A stretch of 64,000 nucleotides of DNA, from contig CAZNTG010000009.1 in NCBI GenBank assembly GCA_964575955.1, positions 64,001 to 128,000 of the forward strand. The letters are read 5' to 3'. Positions 1 through 9,830 of this stretch are shown one piece after another. This DNA is from an uncultured Thermoproteaceae archaeon. GTDB taxonomy: Archaea; Thermoproteota; Thermoprotei; Thermoproteales; Thermocladiaceae. The notes beneath the pieces were generated by a model. That model had not been told where the DNA came from, made no database searches, and saw nothing but the letters and a program-made list of their open reading frames with translations. The stretch's first letter is position 1. Each line of letters starts with the position of its first letter. The translations under genes were made by a program, and so were the position numbers.

Positions 1-439
1 ATTCTATTCTACCAACTCTTCTTCCCTGTTCTATAGATAGTGGATCTTCATACACTACTAAAATATCTAAATCAGGAAGACAATATCCTGTGCATAATTT
101 TAATACTATATTCGTTGCATATAAATCTTCAATATATTTAAGTTTTTCAGATATTGTATTGATAATCTGTCTAACTAGTCTAGATTTATCAATAACACCC
201 TTAACATAGTTGTTAATTATTACATATATAGATTCTACATAGTTTACAGATGCTGTAATTCTCAACCATTTATCTATTATTTTAAATATCTTATCAAAAT
301 CTTCAACTTTTCTAAATGTTATTGGTATTGTTGAAAATAGTATCCAAGGTTTAGAATCTAAATCTTCAATATACCTATCAAACTCTAAGTATGATTTTCT
401 AAATGCTCCATGATCGATATATATCATTCCTAAACTCAT
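1..439 (-). CDS. Hypothetical protein, 3' end beyond window edge
   Basis: Open frame from ATG at 439 (MSLGMIYIDHGAFRKSYLEF...) running off the window start; absent from ORF track. Confidence 0.6.
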   Translation of the reverse strand, partial: MSLGMIYIDHGAFRKSYLEFDRYIEDLDSKPWILFSTIPITFRKVEDFDKIFKIIDKWLRITASVNYVESIYVIINNYVKGVIDKSRLVRQIINTISEKLKYIEDLYATNIVLKLCTGYCLPDLDILVVYEDPLSIEQGRRVGRIE

Positions 440-480
440 AGTAGTAATCTACATTAGATAGTCTTGTCAAGATTCCTGAT

Positions 481-1029
481 ATGGATTATAGATTGATATC
501 TAGTGCTGCTAGACTTATGAGAGAGCCTATTGGAATATTGATTAGAGATGAACCTCCAAGAAGTATTCATAAGTTAAGGAGAGTTTATCTTGATTTTGAA
601 CTTAATTATCTAGCTAGTGTTGGAGATATTGTTACTTTGAATATAATTAGATATTGGAGAGTTCCTAATATAGCTATAATAGATAATAAAACTTTGAGAG
701 ATAGAAAGATAGACACACTCTCAGCAGTATCTATACTTTTTAAAGACATCATAAGACTACATAATAGACCAGCAACAATAACTGATAAGAATATTGATAC
801 TATTGAAACGGCTGTAAAATTAGCTGAAAAAGGTAGAAATGTTCTACTTGTTGTTGATGGTGAAGAAGATCTATTATCAATACTATTAATACTATGTTTG
901 AATAGAGGATTGGTGGTTTACGGAAATTATTTTACAAATTCTCTAATAGCAATACCAACATATACACCATATAAAGTTGCTACATTGAAATTATTAGCAC
1001 AGTTCAGGTATGGAGAGACCATGGGTTAG
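481..1029 (+). CDS. GTP-dependent dephospho-CoA kinase (DUF359 family)
   Basis: VGDIVT, IIDNKTLR, NRPATI and VDGEEDL motifs. Confidence 0.8.
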   Translation: MDYRLISSAARLMREPIGILIRDEPPRSIHKLRRVYLDFELNYLASVGDIVTLNIIRYWRVPNIAIIDNKTLRDRKIDTLSAVSILFKDIIRLHNRPATITDKNIDTIETAVKLAEKGRNVLLVVDGEEDLLSILLILCLNRGLVVYGNYFTNSLIAIPTYTPYKVATLKLLAQFRYGETMG

Positions 1030-1681
1030 GATAGTATCAGCATGTACTATTGATGGTAGGATAGCTAGTAAGGTAGGATATTCAAGACTATCCTGTCAAT
1101 ATGACCTGGTTAGACTTCATAGACATAGAGCAGAGTGTGATGGTGTTATGATAGGTGCAAACACTGCAAATATTGATGATCCAATGCTAACTGTGAGATT
1201 GGTTAAAACAGATAGACAACCATGTAGAGTTGTTGTAGATGGAAAACTTAGATGTAGGCTTGACTTAAGATTATTCAAAACAGCAAGAGAGATACCAACA
1301 ATAGTGTTGACAACAGAGAAGGCAGATCATGAGAAGATTGAAAAATTGAGAGATATGGGAGTCATTGTTGAGATAGTTGGAGAAGAATACGTAGATTTGA
1401 GAAAAGCCTTAGAAATACTATACAGAAATTATGGTATTAAGAAACTTCTTGTTGAAGGTGGTGGAAAGTTAAATTGGAATCTAATAAAGAATAATCTTGT
1501 AGATGAGATTTACATTACAATAACACCATACATATTCGGAAACGGAGTATCAATATTTAATGGAGAAGGATTTGAAACAACAGAACAAAGTCCTAAATTA
1601 ATTTTAAAAGATTTTAAAGTATGTGAATGTGGAAATTGTATAGTACTACACTACATAGTTAAGAAGTGCAGTATAGAGTAA
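1010..1681 (+). CDS. 2,5-diamino-6-ribosylamino-4(3H)-pyrimidinone 5'-phosphate reductase (RibD C-terminal family)
   Basis: TIDGRIA, IGANTANIDDPMLT, LLVEGGG motifs. Confidence 0.85.
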   Translation: MERPWVRIVSACTIDGRIASKVGYSRLSCQYDLVRLHRHRAECDGVMIGANTANIDDPMLTVRLVKTDRQPCRVVVDGKLRCRLDLRLFKTAREIPTIVLTTEKADHEKIEKLRDMGVIVEIVGEEYVDLRKALEILYRNYGIKKLLVEGGGKLNWNLIKNNLVDEIYITITPYIFGNGVSIFNGEGFETTEQSPKLILKDFKVCECGNCIVLHYIVKKCSIE

Positions 1682-1733
1682 TACATAAAATATCTAACAA
1701 TACTGTACGAATGGTGAATATGTACAGCCAATT

Positions 1734-2735
1734 TTGAAAGAGATAAAGGAGAGAGTTGACAATATAAGTAGTGAGGTAGCTAAGTTAGAGAAGATTTTTG
1801 AAGATCTATCTAGAAGTTTAACAATTGTAGATATAGTACAGATAATATCTGAAATATTTAAACATAGAGATGATGTTTGTAGAAGAATTATATATGATAT
1901 ATTAAAAATTTGTTGTAAAGATGTTAAAGTAGCATATCTAGGTCCTGAAGGAACATTTACACATGAAGTAGCACTATCATTATTTGGTAAAAATGTTGAA
2001 TTTGTAAGTTATGAAACTATAACAGATGTTATTAAAGCTGTTAGTAGAGGTGATGTTGATCTAAGTATAGTACCGTTTGAGAATAGTCTTGAAGGAATTG
2101 TTCATGAAACTTTAGATGCTTTAGAAAGTACTACAAATGTATTTGTAAATTTATGTGTTGAAAAGAGGATAAATATGTGCCTTGTTGTAAGTAATGATGT
2201 ATCTAGACTTGACGATATTGAAATACTCTACGTTCAACCTTATGCATATGCTCAATGTAGATTTTTCATATCTAGAAGATTGAAAAATGTTAAAAATATA
2301 ATATTTGTAGAATCAACCTCGAAATCTCTAGATAATGTAGCTAAAAATTCTAGATGTGCATGTCTAGCTTCAAAGCTTGGTGCTAAGATTAGAGGATTGA
2401 AAATACTTATGGAACATGTTGAAGATTTTGAAAGCTATACTAAGTTTATACTAATTTCAAGAAAAATGTTTAGAAGTGGAGATAGGACAAGTATTATATT
2501 CACAGTTAAGCATGTTCCAGGTGCTCTATATAGTGTCTTAGAGCCATTTGCTAAGAGAGGTATAAATTTAACAATGATATATTCAAGACCTTTAAGGAAA
2601 GTTCCATGGAGCTACTACTTCTATCTTGAGTATGATGGTTCTATAGATGATGATCTTATTAGTGAAGTTTCTTCAAGATGTAGCTATATCAGACTACTTG
2701 GTAGCTATCTAGTACTACATAGTACCTCTGCGTAA
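1734..2735 (+). CDS. pheA: Prephenate dehydratase with ACT domain and short N-terminal helical segment
   Basis: VAYLGPEGTFT, VPFENSLEG, PGALYSVLEPFAKRGINLTMIYSRP. Confidence 0.9.
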   Translation: MKEIKERVDNISSEVAKLEKIFEDLSRSLTIVDIVQIISEIFKHRDDVCRRIIYDILKICCKDVKVAYLGPEGTFTHEVALSLFGKNVEFVSYETITDVIKAVSRGDVDLSIVPFENSLEGIVHETLDALESTTNVFVNLCVEKRINMCLVVSNDVSRLDDIEILYVQPYAYAQCRFFISRRLKNVKNIIFVESTSKSLDNVAKNSRCACLASKLGAKIRGLKILMEHVEDFESYTKFILISRKMFRSGDRTSIIFTVKHVPGALYSVLEPFAKRGINLTMIYSRPLRKVPWSYYFYLEYDGSIDDDLISEVSSRCSYIRLLGSYLVLHSTSA

Positions 2736-2855
2736 CTATGTAATCTATATATCTATAGTCCTCAACTATGTAGTATATTTTGAAGACTATTGAGATAGTG
2801 TGATTACTGGAGTGTAATAATACTTTTAAATTTTCTCAATATCTCTAGATATCAT

Positions 2856-4133
2856 GTGGAAGTTGCAAAGTTTCTAGAACTAATATCTAAAGTTCCAAGA
2901 TTTGAAGAGTTAAATCATAGTGGTAAGAAGGTGCTTGTTAGAGTTGATATAAATGTTCCATTAGATAAATCGAAAAATCAGATTCTCGACGACTTTAGAA
3001 TTTTTGCACACTCACAAACAATTAGGAAACTTCTAGATCTTAATTGTGCTGTTGTAGTTATAGCTCATCAAGGTAGACCTGGAGATAAGGAATTTTCATC
3101 TCTTGAACTTCATTCAAAAGTTCTTTCACGATATCTAAATCAGGAAGTCAAGTTTATAGATGATATTATAGGTCCTGCAGCTAGAGAAGAGATTAGAAAA
3201 TTGAATAGGGGTGAGGTTCTAATGCTTGAAAATGTCAGATTTTTGAGTGAAGAAACATTAGAGAGAACTCCAGAAGAGCATAGTAATTCATTTCTAGTTA
3301 GAAAGTTGTCAAGTCTATTTGACGAGTTTATTCTTGATGCATTTGCAGCAATACATAGACCACATGCAAGTATTGTAGGATTTACATGTACTATGCCTAG
3401 CTGTATGGGTATTGTTCTTCAAAGAGAGATTGATGCTTTAAAACATGTTTTAGAGTCAGGTTCAAGATCAACATTAATAATTGCAGGTGGTGCAAAGATA
3501 CCAGACACAATTAAGGTTATAGGTAAGATTCTTGAGAGAAATATTGCTGATAAGATCATTGTTGGTGGTCTTGTAAGTACTGTATTTACAGCAGCTAAGT
3601 ATGGAGCAACAGGATGGTTGAAGAACTTCATTGAAAGTAAAAAGTTACAGGAACAGGTTGATACTGCAAAGAAACTACTTGAAAAATATTCAGGTAAGAT
3701 TGAGACACCTCTAGACCATGTAGTTGTTAAACCTGATGGAACAACACAGATAGTAGATGTACAGAATATACAGGACGAGATTGTAGATATAGGACCTAGA
3801 ACACTAGATCTCTATAAAGAGATTGTTGGAAATTATGAAAATGTCATAATGACAGGACCTGTAGGACATATAGAGAAGGAAGAGTACACTAAAGGAACCG
3901 TAGAACTGTTAACGACAATGATTTCAAAATGTAAATTTACAGCAATTGGAGGTGGTCATACAGTTATGATTGCTAGAAAGCTAAACCTATTGGACAAACT
4001 ATCACACGTATCTACTGGAGGTAGAGCATTCCTATACACACTAGCTGGTGAAGAACTACCAGGACTTGTAGCACTTGCTAAATCACGTGAAAGATTTTCA
4101 AAAATGATCGAGGCAGGTAAAACAGCTAAATAG
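2856..4133 (+). CDS. pgk: Phosphoglycerate kinase
   Basis: RVDINVP, AHQGRPG, LENVRF, GGAK, HVSTGG. Confidence 0.97.
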   Translation: MEVAKFLELISKVPRFEELNHSGKKVLVRVDINVPLDKSKNQILDDFRIFAHSQTIRKLLDLNCAVVVIAHQGRPGDKEFSSLELHSKVLSRYLNQEVKFIDDIIGPAAREEIRKLNRGEVLMLENVRFLSEETLERTPEEHSNSFLVRKLSSLFDEFILDAFAAIHRPHASIVGFTCTMPSCMGIVLQREIDALKHVLESGSRSTLIIAGGAKIPDTIKVIGKILERNIADKIIVGGLVSTVFTAAKYGATGWLKNFIESKKLQEQVDTAKKLLEKYSGKIETPLDHVVVKPDGTTQIVDVQNIQDEIVDIGPRTLDLYKEIVGNYENVIMTGPVGHIEKEEYTKGTVELLTTMISKCKFTAIGGGHTVMIARKLNLLDKLSHVSTGGRAFLYTLAGEELPGLVALAKSRERFSKMIEAGKTAK

Positions 4134-4140
4134 GTTTACA

Positions 4141-4147
4141 GAGGTGA
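4141..4147 (+). promoter_or_regulatory. Shine-Dalgarno site of gap
   Basis: GAGGTGA 4 nt before ATG 4152, internal to the pgk-gap operon. Confidence 0.7.
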
Positions 4148-4151
4148 TAAT

Positions 4152-5198
4152 ATGCCTATCAAGGTTGGAGTTATAGGATATGGAACTATTGGAAAGAGAG
4201 TAGCTGACAGTATATCAAAGTTTCCTGATGAGTTTGAACTTGTCGGAATTCTAAAACCAACACCAGACTATGAAGCTGAGATAGCTATAAGGAAGGGCTA
4301 TAAAGTATATACATATCCTGAGAAAGTTAAAGATTTTGAAAAACTTGGAATACCAATATCAGGAACTATCGATGAACTACTTGAAAAGATAGATGTTGCA
4401 ATAGATACAACACCTGCAAAAGTTGGTAAAGAAATGAAAGAGAAGTACTACTTACCGAAGAATAAACCAGCAATATTCCAAGGTGGTGAGAAGGCAGATG
4501 TTGCAGATGTAAGCTTTAACGCACTTGCAAACTACGATAAAGCTATAGGTGCTAGATATGTCAGAGTTGTGAGTTGTAATACAACAGGAATTTGTAGATT
4601 ACTATCATCATTCATACTTCACGGATATAAGATTAGGAAAGTTAGAGTATACCTAGTTAGGAGAGGTGCAGATCCTAAAGAACATAAGAGAGGACCAATA
4701 AATGATGTTGTTCCAGATCCAGTAACAGTTCCAAGTCACCATGGTCCAGATGTGAAGACTGTGATACCTGAGATAAATATTGTAACTATGGCTGTTGCAG
4801 TACCTGTAACTATAATGCATCTACACATGGTTAATATAGAGTTTGAACATCAAATAACTAGAGAAGATGTAATTAAAGCACTTGAAGAAACTCCAAGAAT
4901 AATGCTAGTACCATCAGGTAGAAGACTTGACAGTATTGCACATCTAATAGAGTGGGCTAGAGATATTGGAAGATATAGGAATGACATTATGGAAAACTGC
5001 ATATTTGAAGGATCTATATCTGTAGTGGATGGACATGATCTATACTTAATGATGGCTATTCATCAAGAGAGTATAGTAATTCCTGAAAATATTGACGCAC
5101 TTAGAGCAATGTTTAAACTAGCAGACAAGTGGACATCAATAGAGAAGACAGACAAAGTATTAGGAATAGTAACAGAAGGTAAGAAGTACAAATTCTAA
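4152..5198 (+). CDS. gap: Archaeal (class II) phosphorylating glyceraldehyde-3-phosphate dehydrogenase
   Basis: [39 protein letters not shown]. Confidence 0.97.
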   Translation: MPIKVGVIGYGTIGKRVADSISKFPDEFELVGILKPTPDYEAEIAIRKGYKVYTYPEKVKDFEKLGIPISGTIDELLEKIDVAIDTTPAKVGKEMKEKYYLPKNKPAIFQGGEKADVADVSFNALANYDKAIGARYVRVVSCNTTGICRLLSSFILHGYKIRKVRVYLVRRGADPKEHKRGPINDVVPDPVTVPSHHGPDVKTVIPEINIVTMAVAVPVTIMHLHMVNIEFEHQITREDVIKALEETPRIMLVPSGRRLDSIAHLIEWARDIGRYRNDIMENCIFEGSISVVDGHDLYLMMAIHQESIVIPENIDALRAMFKLADKWTSIEKTDKVLGIVTEGKKYKF

Positions 5199-5252
5199 CA
5201 TTCATCAATAAAAATCCTTTAATTTTTTCCAAATTGTAAATTTTCTACAGCA

Positions 5253-6032
5253 ATGAGATTGATGGTCTGTGGTAAAGGTGGTACAGGTAAGACTGTAATA
5301 TCAATACTTCTAGCACGTGCATTTAGAGAGTTGAACTATAAGCCATACATTATCGATATGGATGAATCAAATGAACTATTACCACAACTAGCAGGTGTTG
5401 TAAAGCCTAGACCATTAATAGAGTTATTTGGAGGTAGGAGAGGACTATCACAAAAATTGAAAGATGGTGAAGAGAGTATTGTTAAAATATTAAAAGACTT
5501 AACTAACAGTGAATTAAAAATATCTTCAATACCTAGAGAATATAGATCAACTAGTGAAGATGGTATAAATATAATAACTATAGGAAAGATAAGAGAATAT
5601 TCTGAAGGATGTGCATGTCCTCTAAATGTATTTACAAAAATACTACTCAACAAGTTGAAGATAGATAAAGATGAGATAGTTATAATAGATACAGATGCAG
5701 GAGTTGAACATGTAGGTCGTGGAGTTGAGGGATTTGTAGATTCAGTGATAGCAGTTGCAGATCCAACAAGAGAATCTATGTTAATAGCATCACACTTGAG
5801 AGATATATGTGAGAAAATTAATAAGAAATACTACCTAATACTAAATAAAGTACCTGAAAATCTACAGGAAAAGATATTAAAGATATGTGAAGAATATTCT
5901 CTAAAACCTGATGAGATAGTGCCATATGATGAAAAGATATTTCAATCATGTTTAATTGGAGATAAGTTAGACTCAGATAAGGCATATTTAAAAATTAAGA
6001 ATTTTGTTAAGAAGATTATTGAAAGTATGTAG
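5253..6032 (+). CDS. cooC: CooC-type nickel-insertion ATPase
   Basis: Deviant Walker A GKGGTGKT, GCACP Ni-binding motif, DTDAGVEHVGRG. Confidence 0.85.
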   Translation: MRLMVCGKGGTGKTVISILLARAFRELNYKPYIIDMDESNELLPQLAGVVKPRPLIELFGGRRGLSQKLKDGEESIVKILKDLTNSELKISSIPREYRSTSEDGINIITIGKIREYSEGCACPLNVFTKILLNKLKIDKDEIVIIDTDAGVEHVGRGVEGFVDSVIAVADPTRESMLIASHLRDICEKINKKYYLILNKVPENLQEKILKICEEYSLKPDEIVPYDEKIFQSCLIGDKLDSDKAYLKIKNFVKKIIESM

Positions 6033-6033
6033 T

Positions 6034-6255
6034 ATGTGTTTATTAACGTTTAAAATTATTAAAGATGGAAAAGAGGAAGTTATTAAAGATATATTTCTAA
6101 TAGAGATTAAAGATGGGAAAATTACTATATACAACATGTATATGAACAAGGTGTGTGAGGTAGATCTTGAAGATGTTAGATATGTAAAAATTAATACTCT
6201 AGATGCTGTGGCTGTTCTAGATTTTCGTTTAAAGCCTTCTCAATCTCCTCAATAA
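6034..6255 (+). CDS. cooT: CooT-family nickel-binding protein
   Basis: ATG 1 nt after cooC stop gives an N-terminal MC, 73 aa, beta-rich pattern; ORF track start 6004 is probably too early. Confidence 0.7.
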   Translation: MCLLTFKIIKDGKEEVIKDIFLIEIKDGKITIYNMYMNKVCEVDLEDVRYVKINTLDAVAVLDFRLKPSQSPQ

Positions 6256-6448
6256 ATTTCTTATATTCTTCAAGAGCTTCTTCATCTAGCTTTGATATTA
6301 TTAATCCAGCATGAACAAGAACTATATCTCCAGGTTTAATATCTTCAACACCTATAATTACCTGTCTTCTAACACCGCCAAAATCTACAGTTGCAATATT
6401 ATTTTCTCTATCAATCTCAACAACAATTCCAGGAACAGCCCAACACAT
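6191..6448 (-). CDS. hypC: Hydrogenase maturation chaperone HypC/HupF
   Basis: MCWAVPG start, VDFGGVRR, GDIVLVHAG. Confidence 0.93.
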   Translation of the reverse strand: MCWAVPGIVVEIDRENNIATVDFGGVRRQVIIGVEDIKPGDIVLVHAGLIISKLDEEALEEYKKFIEEIEKALNENLEQPQHLEY

Positions 6449-6501
6449 GAGTAAGATTATAAATGCCTAATTTATATATGTGAACTCTCGAATTAGTAAT
6501 C

Positions 6502-7530
6502 ATGCTACTTAACTTAATTAATCTCAACAAGGATCATATAGATGTAGTTAGTGAACACATTAGGAGGATAATAGACATGGAAGGTTATAAAATACTTAAC
6601 ATATCTACAGAAATGAAAATTTGTAAATTAATGATTGACAAATTTAGAGATAGTGTTAAAAGACTTCTAAAAAGTGGAAATATATATAAAGTATTTGAAG
6701 AATTGTATAAGATATTTACAGTATTTTCATACGTATCAGATATTGATGAGAGTATTGACACAATACTAAAGATATTAGAAAATTACAATATTGAGAAAGA
6801 TTTCTTAGAAGTATGTACACAATCTAATATACAATATCTTAAAAATATTGTAAATAAAGTAAAGAATGTAGATTTTAGAAATAATGCTAAAGTTATAACA
6901 GAACAATTATTAACATCTAGAAGTTGTGATAAAGTATTTTATAAAGCTAGAGATTTAGGTATTAAAGATAGGATAGTACACATGATGATATATGTTATTC
7001 ATAATTTACTAAAAGATACAGAGTATGAACTTTCTAACATTGATAAAGTTCCTCCTCATGTAGATATTCATAATGTTAAAGTTTTACTGAGATTAGGAGT
7101 ATTGAATTTCGATAGAAATATACTTGATAGATATGTTGGTTCAGGTAGGTATTTCATGAGAATAATACCGATATGTGCTAAGCTTGCTCCTGATGAGGTG
7201 TATAAGACTGTTTGGGAAGTTTTAAAGAGAAAATCTCTAGATGCTATATTTGAAATATCTAAGAGAGTTAATATTGAACCTCTAGTACTTTCATTTTATC
7301 TATCTGCAATTGGTAAGAATTACTGCATATTTAATGATGATGAAAAATCTTCAAAACATTACTGCCCTATTAAGGAGTTGAAAACTTGTCCTTTAAGTAC
7401 TGTGTGTAGAACATATGTTGGATTAAATAGTATGTTGATATTTAGTAGAAGACAACTTAGACTACTACTCAAATACTTAAACGCTCCTAAAAATGTTATT
7501 GAAAATTCTTGTGAAGTAATAGTAGTTTGA
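6502..7530 (+). CDS. Divergent HhH-GPD/endonuclease III-related protein with C-terminal Cys cluster
   Basis: PPHVDIHNVKVLLRLG and GKNYC...HYCP...TCPLSTVC. Confidence 0.5.
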   Translation: MLLNLINLNKDHIDVVSEHIRRIIDMEGYKILNISTEMKICKLMIDKFRDSVKRLLKSGNIYKVFEELYKIFTVFSYVSDIDESIDTILKILENYNIEKDFLEVCTQSNIQYLKNIVNKVKNVDFRNNAKVITEQLLTSRSCDKVFYKARDLGIKDRIVHMMIYVIHNLLKDTEYELSNIDKVPPHVDIHNVKVLLRLGVLNFDRNILDRYVGSGRYFMRIIPICAKLAPDEVYKTVWEVLKRKSLDAIFEISKRVNIEPLVLSFYLSAIGKNYCIFNDDEKSSKHYCPIKELKTCPLSTVCRTYVGLNSMLIFSRRQLRLLLKYLNAPKNVIENSCEVIVV

Positions 7531-7539
7531 AAATGTAGC

Positions 7540-7599
7540 TCAGCGTAGTCTAGCTTCTTCACTAATCTGTGGCAGGTCCATCGACCGCACCTTCATCAT
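7540..7599 (-). ncRNA. C/D-box guide sRNA
   Basis: Minus strand: C ATGATGA - 23 nt - D' CAGA - tta - C' GTGAAGA - AGCTAGACTACG - D CTGA; GC-rich guides in an AT-rich spacer. Confidence 0.85.
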
Positions 7600-7627
7600 T
7601 ATTTACCTTTTCATATATGTCTAATTT

Positions 7628-8707
7628 ATGTCCTATCCTATATATGAGGTAAGATTTAGACCATGTAGAGTATGGTTGAGAAGGACTTTTAGAACAGCTC
7701 TAGGTGAGGAGGTTGAAAGTTGTGTCATATATCTAGCATTGATAGATAAGAGAGGTAATGTAGGATATGGAGAGATAGCACCTTCAAGATTTATTGTAGG
7801 ATCTACAACAAGCCTAGTATTGGAAAGTTTAGAATTATTAAAGAAGGTTATTATAGATGAGAAGGTATTAGGAACTGATTACTATAAGATTGATAAGATA
7901 TTTGAAAAATATGTAAGATATCCTCAAGATGTATTAACAGGTATTGATATAGCTATGATAGATTTAACTTGTAGAGAGTTCGGAATACCATTATGGAAAT
8001 TTTTAGGTGCTGAGAAGAAGGAGCTTATAACTGACATTACTGTAAGTCTAGAAGATCCTGAAGATATGAGAGATGAAATTAGTGATTACCTATCTAGAGG
8101 ATTTGAAATATTGAAAATAAAACTTGGAGATCCAGATAGAGATTTAGAACGTATAAAAATTTTAGAAGAATTTAATGATAAGGTTAAGTTTTATAGAATT
8201 GATGCTAATCAAGGATGGAGAGATTTAAAGACAGCTATCAAGTTCTTGAAGATGTTAGAGAAATTGAAGGTTGAACTAGTAGAACAACCATTACCTAAAA
8301 ATTCTCTAAGAGAATTATCAATATTGAGAAATATCTCTGAAATACCTATAATTCTTGATGAATCAGTTATGAATATTAGAGATATTGTAGAAGTATTAAT
8401 ACAAAATTCCTGTGATGGTATTAATATTAAACTTATGAAATTTGGAGGTATTAGAAGAGCATGTACGGCATGTGAAATTGCGAAAGCATTGAATTTAAAA
8501 TTGATGATTGGATGTATGTTAGAGACAAAAGTTTCAATTACAGCTGCTGCATGTATAGCTGCTAGATATGATATTGATTATATAGATCTAGACTCACCAT
8601 TGCTAATTGATAGAGTTGAGATAGATGTTAAGGGTGGTGTAGTTTATGATGGTTGTAAAATAATTCTAAACGATAATCCAGGTCTTGGAGTTAGTATAGA
8701 TTTATAA
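7628..8707 (+). CDS. Dipeptide epimerase (L-Ala-D/L-Glu epimerase / DgcA-like, enolase superfamily)
   Basis: KIKLG, DANQGW, EQP, DES, NIKLMKFGG, GCMLE, DLD motifs. Confidence 0.88.
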   Translation: MSYPIYEVRFRPCRVWLRRTFRTALGEEVESCVIYLALIDKRGNVGYGEIAPSRFIVGSTTSLVLESLELLKKVIIDEKVLGTDYYKIDKIFEKYVRYPQDVLTGIDIAMIDLTCREFGIPLWKFLGAEKKELITDITVSLEDPEDMRDEISDYLSRGFEILKIKLGDPDRDLERIKILEEFNDKVKFYRIDANQGWRDLKTAIKFLKMLEKLKVELVEQPLPKNSLRELSILRNISEIPIILDESVMNIRDIVEVLIQNSCDGINIKLMKFGGIRRACTACEIAKALNLKLMIGCMLETKVSITAAACIAARYDIDYIDLDSPLLIDRVEIDVKGGVVYDGCKIILNDNPGLGVSIDL

Positions 8708-9793
8708 TTTTTCAATTTTCTTAATCTTATCTTCAATAACATCTACAATCTTCTTAACATTATGTCTAGGATCAGCTGAAGGTATTCCTAATCTACTTTC
8801 TAAAATTTCACACATATTTTCAACATCTTCAACCTTTCTATCCTTACCCATTACTGATATTGCTACAATTTCTGTGCTTGGTATGTGTATTTTTATAGCT
8901 TTAATCTCGTCTTCAATATCTGGCATTTTTAAACCTATATGTTCAAAACTTTCTCTATAAACTCTCCAAGGATCATGACATAGAACTACCATGTGAGGCA
9001 TAGTGCCATAGTATATTCCTAACGTTACTTGTGAATATGCTGGATGTAGAAGTGATGCTTGACCTTCAACTATAACTATCTGATAACCTTCCTTATCTAG
9101 ATCTACAACATGTTTCTCAACTTCACCAGGTACGAAATCTGCAGGTATTGCATCAACTACAGTTCCTGCATCTGCACCAACCATAAGCATTGTCTGACCT
9201 GTACCTACGAGACCAACCTTGTAACCTCTCCTTTCAAGTTCTCTAACAATTTCAATACTTGTAACATTTTTACCAACTGAGCAGTCTGTTCCTGATACTA
9301 GAATTCTAATACATCTAGTTTTGAGTATTGAACTGTCCCAAATTCTCAAATTCTTTGGAGGTTTTCTAAAATCTACAATCTCTACACCATACTTTTCAGC
9401 TAACTTCCTAAATTCAGAATCTTCACTTATAAATATGTGAAGTCCACTCCATATATTTAACCTATTTTCGATAGCTTTTCTAATATATTCACGATATTTT
9501 TCAGGTAGTCTACCACCTACAGGAGATATCCCAACTATGAGTGTATCTACATCATCAACATTTAAGGCTTCTTCAATATTTGAAACAACAGGAATTCCTC
9601 TAAATCCAATACCGAGAACATCACCTGCATCTCTACCAGAATATCTGGAATCTATTACCGATCTTACAATTACTCTTCTCCATCCACTATACATGACTAG
9701 TATATTACATGTCTTACCTGTCAATTCTCCAAGCTTACCTTCAGCTAGCACTATTGCTCTAGCTTTCAATTTCCTTAACTCTTCTCTATCCAT
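8702..9793 (-). CDS. DUF1611 family protein (DgcN-like D-glutamate N-acetyltransferase)
   Basis: GTDCSVGK, TGQT, DAIPADF, VEGQASLLHP motifs. Confidence 0.85.
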   Translation of the reverse strand: MDREELRKLKARAIVLAEGKLGELTGKTCNILVMYSGWRRVIVRSVIDSRYSGRDAGDVLGIGFRGIPVVSNIEEALNVDDVDTLIVGISPVGGRLPEKYREYIRKAIENRLNIWSGLHIFISEDSEFRKLAEKYGVEIVDFRKPPKNLRIWDSSILKTRCIRILVSGTDCSVGKNVTSIEIVRELERRGYKVGLVGTGQTMLMVGADAGTVVDAIPADFVPGEVEKHVVDLDKEGYQIVIVEGQASLLHPAYSQVTLGIYYGTMPHMVVLCHDPWRVYRESFEHIGLKMPDIEDEIKAIKIHIPSTEIVAISVMGKDRKVEDVENMCEILESRLGIPSADPRHNVKKIVDVIEDKIKKIEKL

Positions 9794-9830
9794 TAAAATA
9801 TTGTTAATCTAAATGCATATTTAAACATGA

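Noticed and set aside
2755-2790. Imperfect inverted repeat ATAGTCCTCAA / TTGAAGACTAT after pheA
   Set aside because: Single mismatched dyad in AT-rich DNA with no second copy seen; cannot be told from chance
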